From assembly GCA_002269645.1 (NCBI GenBank), contig NIVC01001767.1:62001-126000 (forward strand): DNA of 64,000 bases, read 5' to 3'. A program made the position numbers and the translations under genes. Positions 1 through 12,592 of the stretch are shown piece by piece; position 1 is the first letter of the stretch; each line of letters starts with the position of its first letter. The stretch comes from Macrostomum lignano. Its lineage: Eukaryota. Under the pieces are notes generated by a model, which saw only the letters and a program-made list of their open reading frames with translations, had not been told where the DNA came from and did no database searches.

Positions 1-921
1 GCACATTGCACTGCACTCTGCCTCACTGCACACTGCACTGCACTCTGCACTCTGCCTCACTGCACTGCACTCTGCCTCACTGCACTGCACTCTGCCTCAC
101 TGCACACTGCACTGCACTCTGCACTCTGCCTCACTGCACACTGCACTCTGCACTCTGCCTCACTGCACACTGCACACTGCACACTGCACTCTGCACTCTG
201 CCTCACTGCACATTGCACTGCACTCTGCCTCACTGCACTGCACTCTGCCTCACTGCACACTGCACTGCACTCTGCACTCTGCCTCACTGCACACTGCACT
301 CTGCACTCTGCCTCACTGCACACTGCACTCTGCACTCTGCCTCACTGCACATTGCACTGCACTCTGCCTCACTGCACATTGCACTGCACTCTGCCTCACT
401 GCACATTGCACTGCACTCTGCCTCACTGCACACTGCACTGCACTCTGCACTCTGCCTCACTGCACTGCACTCTGCCTCACTGCACTGCACTCTGCCTCAC
501 TGCACACTGCACTGCACTCTGCACTCGGCCTCACTGCACACTGCACTCTGCACTCTGCCTCACTGCACACTGCACTCTGCACTCTGCCTCACTGCACATT
601 GCACTGCACTCTGCCTCACTGCACATTGCACTGCACTCTGCCTCACTGCACTGCACTCTGCCTCACTGCACACTGCACTCTGCCTCACTGCACACTGCAC
701 TGCACTCTGCACTCTGCCTCACTGTACACTGCACTGCACTGCACTCTGCCTCACTGCACACTGCACTGCACTCTGCACTCTGCCTCACTGCACTGCACTC
801 TGCCTCACTGCACACTGCACTGCACTCTGCACTCTGCCTCACTGCACACTGCACTCTGCACTCTGCCTCACTGCACACTGCACTCTGCCTCACTGGACAC
901 TGCGCTGCACTCTGCCTCACT
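1..921. repeat. GCACT/CTGCCTCACT composite minisatellite (intronic)
   Basis: Irregular tandem of GCACT-type pentamers and CTGCCTCACT. Confidence 0.95.
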
Positions 922-953
922 TCAAGCTGCGCAGTAATCTCTTTTGTTTCCAG

Positions 954-3900
954 CCGCCCCAGTGTGCAGCGGCAGCAGCTGCAGCTGCTTCTGCCACAGC
1001 CGCCAGTCAGGCATCGCGGCTGCCAGCAGGTCTTCTAGTCAGCAGCCGCCCGCAGCTCCGACGCCGCCGCCAACGCCTCTGCCCAGCATCCGGTTGAACG
1101 ACTCAAGCCAGGCTTCATCGTCTCAACGACAGAATCCTCATCACTCGAGTCATCCAGCTGCCCTGACGCACCAGATGTCCGCTCCAGTTCCCGGTAGCGT
1201 CTTCAGGAGCAGGAAGAAATGATCATCAGTTGTTTCTGGGGAGCTGGAAGATTCCAAGTGACTTAAGTGTTATCTTGTTAATAACACGAGACAGAAACAT
1301 TTTGTTTATCTGCTTTTTGCAATGTTTCATATAACTATATGCTTGCGAGCTAAGAATTGCGGATAAGTTTTTCTACTTTATTTGCGATAATTTAACCTTA
1401 TGTACAGCAGCATGTTCGCAACGTTTATCTGTAGTTATAATTTCTTTTATTTTAATGCCTCAGATAGTCACGAATCATTTCTTAAAGCACCTTTCGTGTT
1501 TAGAGACAATCCACCATTCTCTAAGTGGACAATCTACCATTCTCTAAGTGGACAATCCACCATTCTCTAAGTGGACAATCCACCATTCTCTAAGTGGACA
1601 ATCCACCATTCTCTAAGTGGACAATCCACCATTCTCTAAGTGGACAATGCACCATTCTCTAAGTGGACAATCCACCATTCTCTAAGTGGACAATCCACCA
1701 TTCTCTAAGTGGACAATCCACCATTCTCTAAGTGGACAATCCACCATTCTCTAAGTGGACAATGCACCATTCTCTAAGTGGACAATCCACCATTCTCTAT
1801 TTGGACAATCCACCATTCTCTATTTGGACAATCCACCATTCTCTATGTGGACAATCCACCATTCTCTAAGTGGACAATCCACCATTCTCTATGTGTACAA
1901 TCCACCATTCTCTAAGTGGACAATCCACCATTCTCTAAGTGGACAATCCACCATTCTCTAAGTGGACAATCCACCATTCTCTAAGTGGACAATCCACCAT
2001 TCTCTATTTGGACAATGCACCATTCTCTATGTGGACAATCCACCATTCTCTATGTGGACAATCCACCATTCTCTATTTGGACAATCCACCATTCTCTATG
2101 TGGACAATCCACCATTCTCTATTTGGACAATCCACCATTCTCTATGTGGACAATCCACCATTCTCTATGTGGACAATGCACCATTCTCTATGTGGACAAT
2201 CCACCATTCTCTATGTGGACAATCCACCATTCTCTATGTGGACAATCCACCATTCTCTATGTGGACAATCCACCATTCTCTATTTGGACAATCCACCATT
2301 CTCTATGTGGACTATGTGCAATTGAATTTAACCTAACCACGCTTAGCACTATAGTCTGTAGTGCGAGTACACTGTGCTCTTTAGTATGTTGTTTTATAGA
2401 CCGCTTCTCAGTTGTAACCCCTGGCAGATTATTAATTATAATATCATTATATTATTAATTTTGTCTCTTACGCTACTCTAACAATTGAACAGTATTGGTT
2501 TCACATTATTGATACATTTACACGAGAATCTTTTCTTCAAAATTTTGAAAATGAAATGATATTCAACAATCAATACATGCTACTTCCACAGTAGTATAAG
2601 GATCATATATATTTGAATCTAAAAATTACTTGTAACATTTAGGATTCTGTTTTCCATCTAAATTTTAATAAAATAATCAACTACCGGAGACTAAATATAC
2701 GCATGAAAATCATTCTTCATATGGTAGATTGTGATGTCTTAAAATCGCGGGCATTGAAATAAACAAAACGTGACTATTTAAATAAACAAAACATTGTTGT
2801 TTACAAGTTACCAGAAAATGCATATTGAAACAAACAAAATAAATAAAATAAAATGTTAAATAAACAAAACTTAAATTTTTAAACGAAAAAATCACGACAG
2901 TGTAAATAAAAAAAGTGTATGTTACAATTTCAACATTATAACAAACAGCCTCGCTGCGACCTGTGCCTCCTGCAGCCGTGCCAGACATCCAAGAAAACGG
3001 CGTTCCAGTATCCCTGGAGGCTCTCTACGTTGATCTAGACGACCCCAGCTTCCTAAAAAATGACGATAATGAAAACTTTAATAGCCTGTTAGGCGGTGTT
3101 GGATCATTTTCACCTGTTGTTGTCGCCAGTTGCTGCCGGCATCCACGCCGAGTGCGCAGCGTGTCAGCCAGCGACGCCTCCGGAGACCGTCGGGGCGGCT
3201 CTCCGCGTCGGTTTTTGCCGCGCGCTCCGGTGGCCGCTGATGAAGAGGCTGAGGAGCTGCAGCAGACGGCTGCTGACAGCAGTGCTTCCTGTCAGTTTCT
3301 GAGAGAGCTCAGGGGATGAATTGAAATCCAGTTTTGAATTAAACGATTGTTTTTGGACCAGTTTTGATCGATCGAAATGTGTAGTTTCATTTGTTTACTT
3401 TCAAATTCGCGCCAAAACTCGAAATAACGTCGTAATCACAAAAAACCGCGAGAAGAAACTTCAAGACTGAATGTCCAATTTTGGCGATTTTTTAACACAC
3501 TTTTAATTGTTTCTGACAAAAGAAACTACAGATTCGTCAATTAAGTTGGTATTATTAGCTAAGTCTGAGGCGGCCAACCAGATGAATTAATTTGATGATA
3601 TTGACGGTTTTAATGCACGTTGACCCACCCAACTCACTAATTAATTACTCAATGTTATTAAAGCGCAGCACACACATTGAAAATATCTACCTCGACAGTA
3701 AAACCATAAATTTATTTTCAAAAACCTTTCCGACATTTTTTTTAACTAAAGTGTTCCGTCAATGCCTGAATATTTCACGATTTCAAACTTATTAAGAGCA
3801 TAGTATTTAATAACTTACCTTAATTTTTAGTTAAATTTGATGCACAAAATTCATTTATTTTATCATACTGTATGAACTTCATCAATTGCACATGCGTTTA

Positions 3901-6900
3901 TTAATTACAATCTCGCTAGCGCAATCAACCCGACTTGTTTAAATCAACGAAACTTCTTTGTATCTGACAAAAGCCCTCCTCCTCGCATTCCATTCATTGC
4001 AGGGACCTCGGCGATGACTCCTGGGGTGTCCAGCCTGCCCTCCAGTCCCCGCGCTGGCCAACACCATCACCATCATCACCATCAGCAGCAGCAGCAGAAT
4101 TGGGCTCGAAGAAAGGCCATGTTGAACACTTTTCGACTGAAATCTGTGAGCACTGATGAAGCGTTTGATTCTGCAGCAGTGCCTCCTCAGCAACAGTCGC
4201 CGCAGCATCAGCCACAACAGCAACAGCAACGACAGCGAGTTCAACGTCAGAGCTCCAACATGCTGACTGTGCCGGACGAATATCCGCCAGAGTTGAAGCT
4301 CTCGCTGCACGGTTAGTGCATGATTGGATCGTCTTTTGCGCATCAACTTTACAAGTATAGCTGGCCAAAGAGTCATTTTGTGTCGTTTTGAGCGAAAGTC
4401 ACTCTCATTTAAAGCTACGTGTCATTTAAGACTTGCTTGTCACTCTGACATGTACACCCTGTGTGAGCGTGTGTGTGGGTGCGTGCCTGCGTACAGTATT
4501 GGCGCGCTTGTACGAGCATGTGCTCAGGAGTCAGCGGATGAGGCAAGGGACGATGTCGCCAAAGACGTTTTGCCAGACTGCCCAGAACCCTCTCACGAAT
4601 ATCTTATTTTTATTGAAATACGAAACCATCGTCCGAATCAGGCCGGTTCGATCGGTCCTTGACAATCGCTGGCGCCTCGCCAGCGAGCAGCTGCGGTGCC
4701 AGCGGCGGTCACTCGGAGGCGGCCAATCCGACGTCTTCAGCAGTGACAACACCTTCGCCAAGATTGTTGACGAAGCAGGCGAAGCTTCGAGGTACACGAG
4801 GTTTTTATAGCTTGCGAGACGGATCCAGAGACTTCCCAAGTACTCTGTAGCTGTAGTTCAGCCTCTCTGTGTCACGTGCAGAGACAGCTAAGACGTGTCT
4901 ACAAAGTGCTCGTAGATTTCATGTCGTGTCTGTTTCGGAGTACACTACACATGTTTGCTTTGTACGAGAGGTCTCACGCAGTCGGCTTCTTTTCTAAAGT
5001 GCCAATTACCAAAATTTTACACCTGCCAGTTGTCACTTTTGCTCCTGTCGTGTGTTGTTTGCTTGACACGTTTTGTATTGTTTCCTAAGTTTTCCCTGGA
5101 ATAGTAACAATGTAAGATGAACCCAGTTTGAGCAGTTTCAGGTGTAGACCCTCTGTTAGATGGTCCCAAGCTGGAGACAGTGTCAGAGAGTCCCAGATTG
5201 GAGACAGTGTCAGATGGTCCCAAGTTGGAGACAGTGTCAGATGGTCCCAAGTTGGAGACAGTGTCAGATGGTCCCAAGTTGGAGACAGTATCAGATGGTC
5301 CCAAGTTGGAGACAGTGTCAGATGGTCCCAAGTTGGAGACAGTGTCAGATGGTCCCAAGTTGGAGACAGTGTCAGATGGTCCCAAGTTGGAGACAGTGTC
5401 AGATGGTCCCAAGTTGGAGACAGTGTCAGATGGTCCCAAGTTGTAGAAAGTGTCAGATGGTCCCAAGTCGTAGAAGTGTCAGATGGTCCCAAGTTGGAGA
5501 CAGTGTCAGATGGTCCCAAGTTGGAGACAGTGGCAGAGAGTCCCAGTTAAGAGAGAGTGTCAGAGAGTCCCAGTTAAGAGAGAGTGTCAGAGAGTCCCAG
5601 TTAAGAGAGAGTGTCAGAGAGTCCCAGTTAAGAGAGAGTGTCAGAGAGTCCCAGTTAAGAGAGAGTGTCAGAGAGTCCCAGTTAAGAGAGAGTGTCAGAG
5701 AGTCCCAGTTAAGAGAGAGTGTCAGAGAGTCCCAGTTAAGAGAGAGTGTCAGAGAGTCCCAGTTAAGAGAGAGTGTCAGAGAGTCCCAGTTAAGAGAGAG
5801 TGTCAGAGAGTCCCAGTTAAGAGAGAGTGTCAGAGAGTCCCAGTTAAGAGAGAGTGTCAGAGAGTCCCAGTTAAGAGAGAGTGTCAGAGAGTCCCAGTTA
5901 AGAGAGAGTGTCAGAGAGTCCCAGTTAAGAGAGAGTGTCAGAGAGTCCCAGTTAAGAGAGAGTGTCAGAGAGTCCCAGTTAAGAGAGAGTGTCAGAGAGT
6001 CCCAGTTAAGAGAGAGTGTCAGAGAGTCCCAGTTAAGAGAGAGTGTCAGAGAGTCCCAGTTAAGAGAGAGTGTCAGAGAGTCCCAGTTAAGAGAGAGTGT
6101 CAGAGAGTCCCAGTTAAGAGAGAGTGTCAGAGAGTCCCAGTTAAGAGAGAGTGTCAGAGAGTCCCAGTTAAGAGAGAGTGTCAGAGAGTCCCAGTTAAGA
6201 GAGAGTGTCAGAGAGTCCCAGTTAAGAGAGAGTGTCAGAGAGTCCCAGTTAAGAGAGAGTGTCAGAGAGTCCCAGTTAAGAGAGTGTGTCAGAGAGTCCC
6301 AGTTAAGAGAGAGTGTCAGAGAGTCCCAGTTAAGAGAGAGTGTCAGAGAGTCCCAGTTAAGAGAGAGTGTCAGAGAGTCCCAGTTAAGAGAGAGTGTCAG
6401 AGAGTCCCAGTTAAGAGAGAGTGTCAGAGAGTCCCAGTTAAGAGAGAGTGTCAGAGAGTCCCAGTTAAGAGAGAGTGTCAGAGAGTCCCAGTTAAGAGAG
6501 AGTGTCAGATGGTTCCAAATCAGTTAGAGGATACCAGATAGTTAATCGCAGGTACACATTTATACGTCAGCTACGAGTACTCTCTTCTGAAATATCACAC
6601 CCAATCAGGATTGGACTCAATGGACCGCAGGCGGTTGGACTCTCGCATGAAAAGCGTCTCAGTTGACAATCCTGAGCGAGCCACTCAACAGCAGGAAGCT
6701 GCGGACACAAGGCTGGACACAGCTGTCAGACAAAAGAGCTCGTCATTTACCAATACCAATTTTATTGAGTCGCTTGGTGAGATAGTTTTTTAACTCTGAT
6801 TTTAACTTCAACTTTTGTGTGTAATAATTTATTAGGAAATGCATGTATATATACGAGCTATATGCTTTTACCCTACTTCAAGCAATATGACGTCGTATAT

Positions 6901-9900
6901 ATTAGCTATATCTATCATCGACCGTAACCACAGATAACTAGAATAACTAGATGGGCCGCTCAGCACGTTTGCGTGTAAGCTACTTTCAGTTCAGTAGTAG
7001 GTTAGACAAAAGCATTTTAATGTTTTTGTAAAGCAAAGACTCATTTATTGGCTCTTAGCTCTTACCCCTATTGGGTCTTATTGGCTATAAGCTATTGGCT
7101 CTTACCCCCCCCCCAGCTTAGACCCTCCAACCGCGCCTTTCCCACTACCCCCCCCCTCGCCCCACCCCAACTTTTATTGCCTTTCTCGGACTTCCTGCCA
7201 GCCTAAAGCTGCCATGTACATTTCATTGGACTGGCTAATGTACATTTTTGCTGAACCAATTAGCAAGCTGTTTACGCCTGTAAGCTTGGGCTTCTCAACT
7301 TATCAAAATCATTTTAGCTGCCTTTATTTTTATAAAAATAGTTTATGCATTCTTTGCTACTGAACTGAAAGTAGAAAGCCTTTTTACTAAGTAGCTCGTA
7401 TATTTGCCTGAGTGGCCCGATCTAGTTATTTTAGTATCTGTGATCGTAACTTGCTATTGGCTCATTGGATTTTAACCAATCAGCATCGCTCAGGTCAATC
7501 AACCCCCATTTTATTGCCTAACCGCGCCAATATTCTCGTCCCAGGATTTGAGCGGCCATATGTACATTGTTTGTCTCTAGCATAAATGTACATTTTTATT
7601 CCAGTCCTGTGTTGATACAGCCGCTGATATCGAGTGTCCCTCTCTATAAATAAACAAGCCAGCCACTATCTATCCAAGCTACTTGAAATACTGTTCCTCG
7701 CAGATAAAATAACTGCTACATTCTTTAATTGCTACTCGAAATAGGTTGATGCTGTTTTTAACTTATTTTTACTGTTATAAAATATTTATCCAATTATTTT
7801 TGCCACTGAATAAACCACTACTTAAGTTTATGTTGCCGCTGAAGTACATGAAAAAACATCCTAACCCCTTAGTGCCTCCGAGTCCACGGCGAAAGAAGCA
7901 AATCTACGGTCGGCACAAGAGTTTCTCAGTTGAGCAGGAGAACTCAGGCTTGCAGCTGGTGCTCAGCGAGGAGCAGCTTCATCAGCAGCACCTGCAGCAC
8001 CACCATCAGCAGCATCGGCGAGGACGCAGTGGCGGAGCCAGCTTCGGGCAGCCATCTCCGCCGAGACACTCGCCGCACAGCCCCGTCGGCTCAGCCAATC
8101 GGATCGCGGGCTCCGCCGCCGGCCGATCGAGTAACTCGCCGCATTCGTCGCCAAGGCGATTGCCGGCCGTTGGGCACTCACCTGAGCGCAGTCCACAGCA
8201 CTGCCGAGGTGAGCTGAGCAGCTGGCTCGCATGCTGGGGTCTCCTGGGGACTCGGGAAGGATGGGTCAGAGTTGCTTGACTCACTGTGGTAGAGATGGGT
8301 CAGAGTTGCTTGACTCACTGTGGTAGAGATGGGTCAGAGTAGCTTGACTCACTGTGGTAAAGATAGGTCAGAAAAGCTTGACTCACTTTGGTAGAGATGG
8401 GTCAGAGAAGCTTGACTCACTTTGGTAGAGATGGGTCAGAGTTGCTTGACTCATAATGATTGAAATGGGTCAGAGAAGCTTGACTCACTGTGGTAGAGAT
8501 AGGTCGGAGAAGCTTGACTCACTTTGGTAGAGATGGGTCAGAGTAGCTTGACTCACTGTGGTAAAGATAGGTCGGAGAAACTTGACTCACTTTGGTAGAG
8601 ATGGGTCAGAGAAGCTTGACTCACTTTGGTAGAGATGGGTCAGAGAAGCTTGACTCACTTTGGTAGAGATAGGTCAGAGTAGCTTGACTCACTTTGGTAG
8701 AGATGGGTCAGAGTAGCTTGACTCACTGTGGTAAAGATAGGTCGGAGAAGCTTGACTCACTTTGGTAGAGATGGGTCAGAGTAGCTTGACTCACTGTGGT
8801 AAAGATAGGTCGGAGAAGCTTGACTCACTTTGGTAGAGATGGGTCAGAGAAGCTTGACTCACTGTGGTAGAGATGGGTCAGAGTAGCTTGACTCACTGTA
8901 GTAGAGATGGGTCAGAGTTGCTTGACTCACTTTGGTAGAGATGGGTCAGAGTAGCTTGACTCACTTTGGTAGAGATGGGTCAGAGTAGCTTGACTCACTG
9001 TGGTAAAGATAGGTCGGAGAAGCTTGACTCACTTTGGTAGAGATGGGTCAGAGTAGCTTGACTCACTGTGGTAAAGATAGGTCGGAGAAGCTTGACTCAC
9101 TTTGGTAGAGATGGGTCAGAGAAGCTTGACTCACTTTGGTAGAGATGGGTCAGAGAAGCTTGACTCCCTTTGGTAGAGATAGGTCAGAGTAGCTTGACTC
9201 ACTTTGGTAGAGATGGGTCAGAGTAGCTTGACTCACTTTGGTAGAGATGGGTCAGAGTAGCTTGACTCACTGTGGTAAAGATAGGTCAGAAAAGCTTGAC
9301 TCACTTTGGTAGAGATGGGTCAGAGTAGCTTGACTCACTGTGGTAAAGATAGGTCGGAGAAGCTTGACTCACTTTGGTAGAGATGGGTCAGAGAAGCTTG
9401 ACTCACTTTGGTAGAGATGGGTCAGAGAAGCTTGACTCCCTTTGGTAGAGATAGGTCAGAGTAGCTTGACTCACTTTGGTAGAGATGGGTCAGAGTAGCT
9501 TGACTCACTGTGGTAAAGATAGGTCGGAGAAGCTTGACTCACTTTGGTAGAGATGGGTCAGAGTAGCTTGACTCACTGTGGTAAAGATAGGTCGGAGAAG
9601 CTTGACTCACTTTGGTAGAGATGGGTCAGAGAAGCTTGACTCACTGTGGTAGAGATGGGTCAGAGTAGCTTGACTCACTGTAGTAGAGATGGGTCAGAGT
9701 TGCTTGACTCACTTTGGTAGAGATGGGTCAGAGTAGCTTGACTCACTTTGGTAGAGATGGGTCAGAGTAGCTTGACTCACTGTGGTAAAGATAGGTCAGA
9801 AAAGCTTGACTCACTTTGGTAGAGATGGGTCAGAGAAGCTTGACTCACTGTGGTAAAGCTAGGTCGGAGAAGCTTGACTCACTTTGGTAGAGATGGGTCA

Positions 9901-12328
9901 GAGTAGCTTGACTCACTGTGGTAAAGATAGGTCGGAGAAGCTTGACTCACTTTGGTAGAGATGGGTCAGAGAAGCTTGACTCATTATGATAGAGATGGGT
10001 CAGATACTTTAGTCACATCAGAAAAGTTGTCAAGCATGGATCAATTACAGCATCGGCAGATCCGCATCAGAAGATCGCACGTCAGCGCCGTCAATGGACC
10101 ATGAAGAGTTTCTCGTTAGACACGGGAGAGGCTAAAAACGTGCCTCAGCCACCTCAGCCACAGCAGCAGATTTCCCGAGAAGATGCCAATTGCAGCGGTG
10201 GAAATTTTGGCGGCCAATATCATATACGACGTCAGACTGGTGAGTGTAAAATTAATATGACATTACTCGAAGAGCCTTCAAACTTGGCATGGACAAAGCA
10301 GATTTACATTGTTTCAGACCCTTTCACCTCACCCGGACTGAGCGCCTCCACTGAGATGGCGGGTGCCACCGCCGCCGAGGCCAGCGCAGCTGGAAGCAGT
10401 TTTGCTGCTTCTATTTTGCAACGATCGCCAAGGCATCGCAGAATGGTAGGTTAGCCAGCCCGAGTGATTGACTTTTGGCCTGCTGAGACAGAAATAAAAA
10501 ATACAATTTTTGGTTGATCAGACTGCGCCATGTACGAGAGCTGACTTCTCTTCTTTACTGCCTCTGCTCTCTACCATCTCTGCTCTTCTCTTCTTCAGTG
10601 CCTCTGCTCTCTACCATCTCCGCTCTTCTCTTCTTCAGTGCCTCTGCTCTCTACCATCTCCGCTCTTCTCTCCTCCGCTCCTCTCCGCTCTTCTCCGCTC
10701 TCTTCTCCGCTCTCTTCTCCGCTCCTCTCCGCCCTTCTCCGCTCCTCTCCGCTCCTCTCCGCTCTCTTCTCCGCTCCTCTCCGCCCTTCTCCGCTCCTCT
10801 CCGCTCCTCTCCGCTCTCTTCTCCGCTCTTCTCCGCTCCTCTCCGCTCTCTTCTCCGCTCCTCTCCGCCCTTCTCCGCTCCTCTCCGCTCCTCTCCGCTC
10901 TCTTCTCCGCTCTTCTCCGCTCCTCTCCGCTCTCTTCTCCGCTCCTCTCCGCCCTTCTCCGCTCCTCTCCGCTCCTCTCCGCTCTCTTCTCCGCTCCTCT
11001 CCGCCCTTCTCCGCTCCTCTCCGCTCCTCTCCGCTCTCTTCTCCGCTCTTTTCTCCTCCGCTCCTCTCCGCTCTTCTCCGCTCTTCTCTCTTCCGCTCCT
11101 CTCCGCTCTTCTCCGCTCTCTTCTCCGCTCTCTTCTCCGCTCCTCTCCGCTCCTCTCCGCTCTTCTCCGCTCTCTTCTCCGCTCTTCTCCGCGGGTCTAT
11201 GAAATTTGCTTGCCGAAGTTTGCTTGCGGAAATTTGCTTGCTGCACATAAGCTTGCCGAACTTTTCTTGCAGAAATTTTGCTTGCCCAGGTTTGCCAGCC
11301 AAAGTTTTCTTGCGGAACCTTAAAGAACCTATTTTTGAGCTCTTGTGTATTTCTAATTTTCATTTTCTAAGATTCGTGGAAGTCACCTATATAGTGTTAT
11401 GATTTTTTATGAGGATATGACGGATTTGAAAAGTCCTAACGCAGAAATGGAGTAATTTAGTTTTTTACTGGGAATATTTTCAACAAAAAATTGGACACAA
11501 TTTCGAACACTGCACATATCGAATGATTTAGGCAGCGAACTGTACAGAATAGATTTTTTGCGAATGAATGTGCCACCGATCTGTGAATTGCTACATATCA
11601 TGACTCGTAAGTATACCCAACGCTCGGATACCCAAAGTTCGGCAAGCAAAATTCGGCAAGCAAACTTCCCGCAAGCAAACGTCGTACTCCCCTTCTCCGC
11701 TCTTCTCCGCTCTTCTCCACTCTTCTCCGCTCTTATCCGCCCTTTTCCACTCTTCCTCCCCTCAGAGTCATACAAATCTCAAATGAATTGTTTCCCTTCA
11801 GCTACGCGACAGCCGCATCTCCGGGAATTTATTTGTGGTTCTGTACGACTTCAGAGCTCGGCACAGGGACGAGATGGATCTCCGGTGAGTTGCATAGGAA
11901 TTTCTGCTCAAATAACTGCATGGCAACTAGAAATTCCCAAACCCTCGTCTCATCATCCCCGTTTTGCCAGCGCCGGCTTCAAATTGAGCTGCATCGACAT
12001 GACCGATCAGGACTGGTGGCACGGCAAGTGCATGGGCCGCATCGGCCTGTTCCCCAGCTCCTACGTTCAGCGCATCGGCGAGGGCGACGCCATCTGGCGA
12101 GTGATTCACACGCAGACCTGCCACACTCTGGCGCCGGCTGGTCAGCGTGTTGGCGAGGCTGCTGAATCCGTGCCATCGGGCGCCGCCGCGGTGAGATTCT
12201 ACCGAGGCCAGATCCTGGTGCAGCCGGCGCAGCGGCGACCGAGTCAGGTTGGCTTCGTGCCAGTGCGGCTTAAGGACGGGCGGGAGGCGGAGTGCCCGAT
12301 TCAGGCTCTGGAACGGCTGGTGGAGTGA
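954..12328 (+). CDS. Stac: Stac-like SH3 adaptor (Dstac/STAC family C-terminus); multi-exon, 5' end lies upstream of the window
   Basis: Manually joined AG/GT exons with matching phases: 954-1193, 2949-3290, 4003-4311, 4642-4791, 6609-6776, 7873-8208, 10027-10239, 10318-10445, 11802-11884, 11971-12328 (TGA). The last two exons give NLFVVLYDFRARHRDEMDLR|AGFKLSCIDMTDQDWWHGKCMGRIGLFPSSYVQR, a canonical SH3, followed by a second degenerate SH3-like half ending ECPIQALERLVE*, as I recall for invertebrate Stac proteins. No C1 domain seen in the window. The first two exons are less certain. Confidence 0.7.
1505..2312. repeat. 23-bp minisatellite GACAATCCACCATTCTCTAAGTG, ~35 copies
   Basis: Tandem units with a polar shift from AAGTG to ATGTG/ATTTG variants. 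Confidence 0.97.
5158..6515. repeat. 27-bp minisatellite in two blocks (AGATGGTCCCAAGTTGGAGACAGTGTC then AGAGAGTCCCAGTTAAGAGAGAGTGTC)
   Basis: Block A ~5158-5532; block B ~5533-6510, nearly perfect. Confidence 0.97.
6929..7442. mobile_element. MITE family A copy 1 (non-autonomous, 8-bp TSD, hAT-like)
   Basis: Termini CACAGATA...TATCTGTG. Subterminal IRs AATAACTAGATGGGCC / GGCCCGATCTAGTTATT and CTACTTTCAGTTCAGTAG / CTACTGAACTGAAAGTAG. Flanks ACCGTAAC (6921-6928) and ATCGTAAC (7443-7450). Confidence 0.82.
8258..10005. repeat. 34-bp minisatellite AGATGGGTCAGAGTAGCTTGACTCACTTTGGTAG, ~51 copies
   Basis: 34-bp period; fills almost the whole intron 8209-10026. Confidence 0.97.
10548..11760. repeat. 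CTCCG/CTCTT satellite, interrupted by the insertion at 11193-11692
   Basis: Reverse complement of the GAGCGGAGAA array at 19586-21756. Confidence 0.95.
11193..11692. mobile_element. Foldback/MITE-like insertion inside a CT satellite
   Basis: Left arm has tandem AAATTTGCTTGCCG units; right arm has the inverse CGGCAAGCAAA units. The satellite resumes after it. TTCTCCGC on both sides could be a TSD or just satellite sequence. Confidence 0.6.
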
Positions 12329-12592
12329 CAGCTGGGGATTGGATGGGGGTGACTGCGTCATTGGGATTGGATGGGGTGACTGCGTCAGTGGGATTGGATG
12401 GGGTGACTGCATCATTGGGATTGGATGGGGTGACTGCGTCAGTGGGATTGGATGGGGTGACTGCGTCAGTGGGATTGGATGGGGTGACTGCATCATTGGG
12501 ATTGGATGGGGTGACTGCGTCAGTGGGATTGGATGGGGTGACTGCATCATTGGGATTGGATGGGGTGACTGCATCATTGGGATTGGATTGGG
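12329..12592. repeat. 27-bp G-rich minisatellite TGGGATTGGATGGGGTGACTGCGTCAG directly after the Stac-like stop codon
   Basis: About 9-10 units starting immediately after TGA 12326-12328. Confidence 0.95.

Noticed and set aside
6-1097. Long Cys/His-rich ORFs (HCTLHSASL repeats)
   Set aside because: Translation of an intronic satellite; only 954-1193 has splice signals and a non-repetitive frame.
5017-6541. ORFs of 352-455 aa (RESVRESQL, RECQRVPVK)
   Set aside because: 27-bp tandem repeat open in several frames on both strands; lies within a phase-consistent intron.
8258-10005. CRISPR-like regular 24-43 bp repeats (also 26977, 38561, 56590)
   Set aside because: Head-to-tail units with no unique spacers, no cas genes, and a eukaryotic intronic context.
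10510-11402. LRR-like / ERRRAEKSG ORFs here and at 19272-21934
   Set aside because: Read-through of the GAGCGGAGAA satellite; only 19281-19457 is a real DH exon.
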